Of a stretch of 64,000 bases of DNA, positions 58,366 to 64,000 are shown one piece after another. Both the position numbers and the translations under genes were made by a program. Position 1 is the stretch's first letter; each line of letters begins with the position of its first letter. This stretch comes from an uncultured virus (IMG/VR IMGVR_UViG_3300037067_020960) (lineage: Duplodnaviria; Heunggongvirae; Uroviricota; Caudoviricetes): IMG/VR virus record IMGVR_UViG_3300037067_020960; one strand, 5' to 3'. The notes beneath the pieces were generated by a model. It had not been told where the DNA came from and ran no database searches. It was given only the letters and a program-made list of their open reading frames with translations.

Positions 58366-59708
58366 TATTTTGTCTTCCTAAAAAATTCGACGATTTTAAC
58401 AAAATCTTCAATAATTTCATCCAGTGGAACACTCAAAGTATTATTGGAAATTATTGCAGATAAATATTTGCCAGTCGCACCATATCTAGTGCGAATTCTT
58501 TCTAAAATAATATCTAATTTTTTAGCTTGTCCATTTATTCTTTTGCTTTCAATGATATATTCAGTCATTTTATTTGCCGATGATAATACACCTAATCGTT
58601 CACTCATATCTTGAGCAATTTCTTCATTGATTCGTTCGTCATCCTTGTTGGCAAAAATTGCAGAAAGAATGTATTTTTGATGATCCTTCATTCTTTTCCA
58701 ATAAATTTCGAGTTCAACATTTTTTTCAAAATTTGTTAATCCTTCAGTGCTCCAAACCTTCTGAAAAGCTTCTGTAGGATTTGAATCAAGTAATCCTAAA
58801 TCAGAAACTTTATTTTTCAAAAATTGTTTGTTTGCATTCAAACACGCTCTCTGGACATCATCGGGATTTATAGGATTTTCCGAAACCATTTCAGGAACCA
58901 ACATTAAACAAATTTCCAAAGTAATTTCAGTCAAAATTTTCTTCATACCATTTACACGATTAACCGCAGTCAACGCTGCCAGAAATCTATCAATAAATCC
59001 CGCTTGTCTTCCATTTGGACTATATTTACAAATTTCAGAAAGATTCATCAAAAAACAATCTCTCCAATCAGAATAAATTTTTCTGCCTTTTTCTTCTGTT
59101 AAATAAATTTTTTCAATTTTCTTAATATATTCTACATATTCATCATCTTTTTGAACTCCTCTCCAATTTACTCCATTGATCAGAAGACGATCTTCTCTGT
59201 TCATTTCTTTATATGAAGGAAACATAACTATCACTGAAAATCTTCGAGCAGTAGCAAGAGGAAGAGGTTCACTTCCGGCATATTCAATTGGATTCATATC
59301 AGCCCAAATATATTTCAAGGAATCCAAAGGAATTCCCTGAATAGATCTTTCTTGTATAATATCAAGAATTTGGTTTTGGACGTCAACTTTACAACGAGAT
59401 AATTCATTTAATAAAATAGATTCTTTTCCATAAACGGTTAGCGGAGTAGTACAAAATTCCATTTTATAAGTTCCATCAGTTTGTTTGATCGGGACTGGAA
59501 ATCCATAAAGTTCTTCTACATTTACTTTTGATGTATCAATTGTTTGAGAAATCATTCCAAGAGCTCTATGAATTACATGAAATGACGTAGTTTTACCACT
59601 ACCAGATTCACCAAGAAATATAATTGGGTCTTTTGTTACAAGAGCGGCATCTAAATATGAAATTATTTTTTCTAATCCTTTAAGATGGTATTTTTCAAGA
59701 ATATTCAT
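58365..59708 (-). CDS. MoxR-like AAA+ ATPase
   Basis: FLGESGSGKT; LYGFP; LLNELSR (Walker B with D->N); VQN; MNP...PL..A..RRF. Confidence 0.88.
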   Translation of the reverse strand: MNILEKYHLKGLEKIISYLDAALVTKDPIIFLGESGSGKTTSFHVIHRALGMISQTIDTSKVNVEELYGFPVPIKQTDGTYKMEFCTTPLTVYGKESILLNELSRCKVDVQNQILDIIQERSIQGIPLDSLKYIWADMNPIEYAGSEPLPLATARRFSVIVMFPSYKEMNREDRLLINGVNWRGVQKDDEYVEYIKKIEKIYLTEEKGRKIYSDWRDCFLMNLSEICKYSPNGRQAGFIDRFLAALTAVNRVNGMKKILTEITLEICLMLVPEMVSENPINPDDVQRACLNANKQFLKNKVSDLGLLDSNPTEAFQKVWSTEGLTNFEKNVELEIYWKRMKDHQKYILSAIFANKDDERINEEIAQDMSERLGVLSSANKMTEYIIESKRINGQAKKLDIILERIRTRYGATGKYLSAIISNNTLSVPLDEIIEDFVKIVEFFRKTK

Positions 59709-59857
59709 CCTTCATTTTCCTCAACTTCCTCATTTTCCAATTCTATTTTTAATTGCTCAAGTTCTTCTATTTCTTTTTCTATTAATCTCACTTGTTCCCG
59801 AAGACAAGTAATGCGGGAATAGATATAACTTAATCTATCTTCGATTTGTTTTTTCAT
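59705..59857 (-). CDS. 50-aa coiled-coil hypothetical protein (not in the ORF track)
   Basis: MKKQIEDRLSYIYSRITCLREQVRLIEKEIEELEQLKIELENEEVEENEG*; AAGGT RBS; ATGA overlap. Confidence 0.6.
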   Translation of the reverse strand: MKKQIEDRLSYIYSRITCLREQVRLIEKEIEELEQLKIELENEEVEENEG

Positions 59858-59867
59858 TTATACCTTT

Positions 59868-60188
59868 CTATAGATAAAAATCTAATAATCTTTCAGAATT
59901 CATATCTGTTCTAATCAGAATTTCAATTCCTCTTTCTTTACAGTATTCTGTGAATTTAGGAATATTAACATCAAATTTGCTATGATAAATTAATTTATTT
60001 TTGCCTTTAGGATCCCAAACAGCAACAAATTCTTCTCCCTTAAGATAATAATTATTCCATTCATATTTATCAAATTCTTTTAAAAATTTTTCAACTTTTT
60101 TTACATCTTCTTTTTTATGAACAAAAATTCGCCCATATCCTTTATTAAAAAAATTTGTATTACTTTCAATTATTTTATAGAAACTCAT
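59868..60188 (-). CDS. Hypothetical protein
   Basis: 106 aa; AAGGAG RBS. Confidence 0.7.
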   Translation of the reverse strand: MSFYKIIESNTNFFNKGYGRIFVHKKEDVKKVEKFLKEFDKYEWNNYYLKGEEFVAVWDPKGKNKLIYHSKFDVNIPKFTEYCKERGIEILIRTDMNSERLLDFYL

Positions 60189-60212
60189 ATTTTCTCCTTT
60201 CCACCTACAATA

Positions 60213-60241
60213 TAATTAGAGTCTAACACAGGGAATGTAAA
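60213..60241 (-). promoter_or_regulatory. Probable early promoter for the MoxR operon
   Basis: CTTTACAT-N13-CTCTA, same spacing as the PARP and ligA promoters; -10 is imperfect (TAATTA). Confidence 0.45.
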
Positions 60242-60336
60242 GATTAATTTAAGAATCAAATTTTTGACCAACGGGTAAAGCTATTATGAAAGAAAAATAA
60301 TTTGTCATACGATCTGTAGTAAAGCCAAGAATCATT

Positions 60337-63300
60337 CTATTGAATAAGTTCAAGATTTAAAGCAGATGGCTCTAAACGATTTTCTTTGTATTTAAAAATA
60401 CCAACATCATTTGTTACATAAATATAATTTGAAATACCATCATTATATAAATCAAAATCAATCATATTTTCAGCTCTTAAAATAAATTCACTAGTAGTCA
60501 TCAAATCAAAAACGTATTTTTCCAATGTTAAATCCCAATCAAATCCCAAATCAATTTCAGAACCAAAATCATCTTTTATAAAAATATAATCAATGTTAGG
60601 ATTTATAAACCAGGCATATAGCGTATCATTGTAAATCATCGCTTTTTTACATTCCATAATATTACCAAGATTATCTTTTGCTATAATATGACGATAATTA
60701 TGATTGGTTTCATTAATATAAGAAATTCCTTGTTTGTGACACATCAATAAAATTTGCATTACAGATTTTTCTGTTTCAAAAATATCCATTTGATTTATTA
60801 TAGTATTTGAATCTATTGTACTTCCTGTTCCAGCAATTCTAATATATCTATAAACAAGTGCGTTAGAAAAAATTTCTTTTTGAACATTTACATATCCTGA
60901 TCCAGATTTATTTGCAATTATCACAAAATTTGTTCCATCATTTGAACCGCTAATCACATAACTGTTAAAGGTTCTTGAATCTGCATTATAAAAATATGTA
61001 AAAATTTTACCGATACTTTGTGTATATGAAAATGTTATTGTAATATTTTCTCCAACTGTATGATAAGTGTATCCTTCATTTGAAGGATCACCAGCTAAAC
61101 ATGTATAAGATCCTTTTGTTCCACTGTCAATTCCTGTACATATTGTACTAAAAGCTTTATTACCTATATTTTTATACAAATAAACATTTTCAGCTCGAAT
61201 ATAATTAATAAAACCACTCGTAATAAACGTGGTTATGAATCCATAATATTTTTGATTACCATTGGTTTTTGAAATATATCCAGAACGAGCATTTCTATTC
61301 AAAATATTTCCATTATAAATATATTCCGTATTAACTGAAAAAATTCTTAATTGTGTAATTCGTTCAGTAATAAAATCAATAGAATATATTGCTGGACCTC
61401 CGATATTTACATCATAATCAAGCATAACATATAAAAATCCATTTTTATAATCAAGACATGAAATATATCCTCTGAATAATGCATTTGTCTGAGTTGTTTC
61501 AATTAAAAATCTCATCCAAATATTTTTATTATTACTATCATACAAATATAAATAACCTTGTTCAGAATACCAAATGCCACGATCAGGATATGCCTGAATT
61601 GAAGATCTATTAGCTGATGAAGATTCTGTGTACCAACTTTTGGTATTGTCAGTAATCCAACTATTAGAAATTACATCTTCTAATAATTCGTAAACACATG
61701 CACTTTTTGATTTTTTGTATCCAGAAATTATACTAAAATTTTTTCCTATTTCGCTCCATTTGCATTCTAAAAACATTTCAGTCGAAAAAGTTGTATTTTT
61801 TTCATTGCGTTGAATTAATTCAAAAGTATGCATCCCTGTAACAAGATGAACTTTTGTCATTTTGGTAATATCAATCGCTTGTGGAATAAATTTTATTGGA
61901 TAAAGAGATCCATCGTATCCTGCAACTAAATATTTCCATTCATCTAAATCTATAGTAAATCTTGATGTGTATCCAGATGTAAATAATGAAGTACTATAAA
62001 TATAAAGATTATTTGTATAGGTTGGCCAATTAGTTGCTCCATACCAAGTAACAAAATCAAGTGAATAATGATGAACAGCACTTCCAGGATAGCTAACCGA
62101 GCCAGAATATCCCTGAGCAATCAAATGATAAATTTCATTTGTTTTAAACATCATATGATCCCAATATTGCATATTTGTAACTGCAGCAAAAAGTGTAAAA
62201 TTTCCCCAATTTGCTTCAATATGAGGATCTGCAGAACATTGAGCTAAAACAATTTGATATGTGCTGGAATAATAAGAAGCAATACTTGCTACCCATTTAT
62301 TTTCATCAGTATCCCAAATAAAATTGATTGGACCAATTATACCATTTTCAAAATAATTATGCGTTGTTGTGTTAATTATAATAGAAGCCCATCCCCAATT
62401 TTCTCCATCAATAGAAAAACTATGAAATACTCTATTAATTTCTTCTGCTTCTGATCGTTGAGCTACATAAAACATGTGATATTCATTATCAGATTTTTTA
62501 ATAATTTTCATATCTCTTACCAAATAAGAATCATATCCATAAGAACCATTTGGATCAGTTTCTCCATTAATTGGTCTATGTAACCATCCGACAAGATATA
62601 TATTTTGATCATATATGTCTTTAAGATTTTTTGATTTCATCATATATTCCATATAACGATTTTTAGGAGATGTATTGTAATAATTATTATAACTAAACCA
62701 AGCATGAATTTCATATTCATCATTTATTTTTTTGATTTGATTTAAATATATTTGTCTATCTGCTGCCCATACAATAGGATTGAAATTTCCGCCAATAATT
62801 TCCGCAGTTGAAAGATCATTATAATCATCATATACTAAAATTCCAATTCCATTAGCAAAATTATATTTTTCTGAATAACTTGGAGGAGTAAAAAATTCAA
62901 AAATGCTTAAAATTTTATCAGCATATTTTCCATAATCACATCTATATGAATGAATAATAGATGTAATACTATAAGACACATCAGTTTTTCCTTCATAAGA
63001 AATTTTCGAATAATCTCCTAATCGTGTAGGCATTGAAAATGGATATGAAATTAGATTAGGAGGATTTTTATATGTATTATCTTCACTTAAAACAGTTTTT
63101 TCAAATAAATTGAGTCCATCGTCCGTTTGTGCACATACACTATATTTTATGATTCTATCATTATCAGAACCACCAGATGATACTTTGTAAATAAATGTAT
63201 ATTTATATGTAGAATTTTTTGGGTTTTTTATTAATCCAATTGGAGATGCTCCATTTGTATGTATAGAAATATTTACACTATCATCATGAGAAATTATTTC

Positions 63301-64000
63301 TTCAGTAGTAGACCAATAATCATAATCACCAAAAAGATCAAAAGATTCACTTCGTTCTATTGAAAAATAATATGGACCAGCACCTAATTGTTTTTGATAT
63401 AAAATAAACCATTTGTCATTTGTTTTTCCAAAACAAAAACCATCTGTGTATAAATGAATATTTACGCCATTATTTGGAACAATCAATCGTGGATTTGTCC
63501 AGATTATTCCGTCAATCGATTCCATTGTAGAAATATTCCATCCTAAATCTCCCGGAGTAGTAGAAGTATTGTTATATGTTGAAATAAAACAAATAAATTT
63601 TTGATATTCTTTTATCCAATAAATTTTTGGAGAATATACATGATAAGGATTTTGCTGATCATTATTATACCAAGTAATTTGAGTTCGAATTTCAGAAGTA
63701 TACATTGTAGAAATTTGATCATAATAATTTATAAAATCTTTTGTTTTTTTAATTTGAATATTATACCATCTATTACTATGTCCATCAACAACCCCAATGT
63801 AATATCTATTCCAGTAAGTTAGAAATTCTCCATCAACGAATGGATTTGGAATAACACATGCACAATAATTTGAATCTTGTTTTGTGTTGTCAGGAATTGA
63901 TTGAATTGTATTTAAATTATTAGTCCAATTTAGTGTTATTGAATTATTGGGATATGATGAAGAATAATTTTGAAGAGTTTTTCCATATCTTGAAGTAATT
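60337..64000 (-). CDS. Large beta-rich virion protein (beta-propeller/Asp-box and discoidin-like regions), 5'-partial
   Basis: Frame stays open from 63705 to 63999 (ITSRYGK...YYDQISTMYTSE), so the real start is outside the window; SIDGIIW, SIDGENW, ISGSNDGTNF...YRYIRI. Confidence 0.75.
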   Translation of the reverse strand, partial: ITSRYGKTLQNYSSSYPNNSITLNWTNNLNTIQSIPDNTKQDSNYCACVIPNPFVDGEFLTYWNRYYIGVVDGHSNRWYNIQIKKTKDFINYYDQISTMYTSEIRTQITWYNNDQQNPYHVYSPKIYWIKEYQKFICFISTYNNTSTTPGDLGWNISTMESIDGIIWTNPRLIVPNNGVNIHLYTDGFCFGKTNDKWFILYQKQLGAGPYYFSIERSESFDLFGDYDYWSTTEEIISHDDSVNISIHTNGASPIGLIKNPKNSTYKYTFIYKVSSGGSDNDRIIKYSVCAQTDDGLNLFEKTVLSEDNTYKNPPNLISYPFSMPTRLGDYSKISYEGKTDVSYSITSIIHSYRCDYGKYADKILSIFEFFTPPSYSEKYNFANGIGILVYDDYNDLSTAEIIGGNFNPIVWAADRQIYLNQIKKINDEYEIHAWFSYNNYYNTSPKNRYMEYMMKSKNLKDIYDQNIYLVGWLHRPINGETDPNGSYGYDSYLVRDMKIIKKSDNEYHMFYVAQRSEAEEINRVFHSFSIDGENWGWASIIINTTTHNYFENGIIGPINFIWDTDENKWVASIASYYSSTYQIVLAQCSADPHIEANWGNFTLFAAVTNMQYWDHMMFKTNEIYHLIAQGYSGSVSYPGSAVHHYSLDFVTWYGATNWPTYTNNLYIYSTSLFTSGYTSRFTIDLDEWKYLVAGYDGSLYPIKFIPQAIDITKMTKVHLVTGMHTFELIQRNEKNTTFSTEMFLECKWSEIGKNFSIISGYKKSKSACVYELLEDVISNSWITDNTKSWYTESSSANRSSIQAYPDRGIWYSEQGYLYLYDSNNKNIWMRFLIETTQTNALFRGYISCLDYKNGFLYVMLDYDVNIGGPAIYSIDFITERITQLRIFSVNTEYIYNGNILNRNARSGYISKTNGNQKYYGFITTFITSGFINYIRAENVYLYKNIGNKAFSTICTGIDSGTKGSYTCLAGDPSNEGYTYHTVGENITITFSYTQSIGKIFTYFYNADSRTFNSYVISGSNDGTNFVIIANKSGSGYVNVQKEIFSNALVYRYIRIAGTGSTIDSNTIINQMDIFETEKSVMQILLMCHKQGISYINETNHNYRHIIAKDNLGNIMECKKAMIYNDTLYAWFINPNIDYIFIKDDFGSEIDLGFDWDLTLEKYVFDLMTTSEFILRAENMIDFDLYNDGISNYIYVTNDVGIFKYKENRLEPSALNLELIQ

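Noticed and set aside
63703..63705. ATG 63705 as the start of the 1122-aa ORF
   Set aside because: The frame is open to the window edge, so this Met is internal
1752..63822. Numerous 60-150 aa ORFs antisense to or nested in long genes (e.g. 1752-1934, 13964-14203, 39190-39645, 41629-41880)
   Set aside because: Shadow ORFs with no RBS or recognisable motifs, lying over well-supported genes
1..64000. Stop-codon reassignment as seen in some large phages
   Set aside because: Long genes are intact under code 11; TAA, TGA and TAG all end genes; ATGA/TAATG overlaps are frequent

Overview
Very AT-rich (roughly 25% GC by eye), densely coding segment of a large tailed dsDNA phage (jumbo-like). Most genes are on the minus strand and the standard genetic code fits. 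The host is probably Gram-negative, since a Pal lipoprotein and an outer-membrane-like protein are encoded. Content: virion/structural genes (1-9.7 kb, 25-35 kb, 51.5-52.6 kb, 60-64 kb); an accessory/early block with a WGR-PARP, a macro-like protein, a degenerate HUH Rep and several frameshifted small genes (9.7-15.5 kb); LigA, RuvC, sigma-like factors and a UDG broken by an IS200/IS605 TnpB remnant; a radical-SAM + T4 beta/alpha-glucosyltransferase-like operon next to a dNMP kinase and an HD hydrolase; a primase/DnaB/DnaC/DinG replication block; SNF2; and a MoxR + vWA-metallopeptidase pair. The most striking signals are four. (1) One ~100-aa domain plus a combinatorially shuffled 26-aa repeat array is grafted onto three unrelated N-termini, always right after a K/R-x-A site. 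(2) A shared basic N-terminal leader, mostly ending K-x-A, occurs on at least eight unrelated proteins, suggesting capsid targeting and proteolytic processing. (3) A probable DNA sugar-hypermodification operon contains a radical SAM enzyme. (4) Two promoter classes appear to drive leaderless mRNAs. All family calls come from motif recognition by eye, not from database searches.
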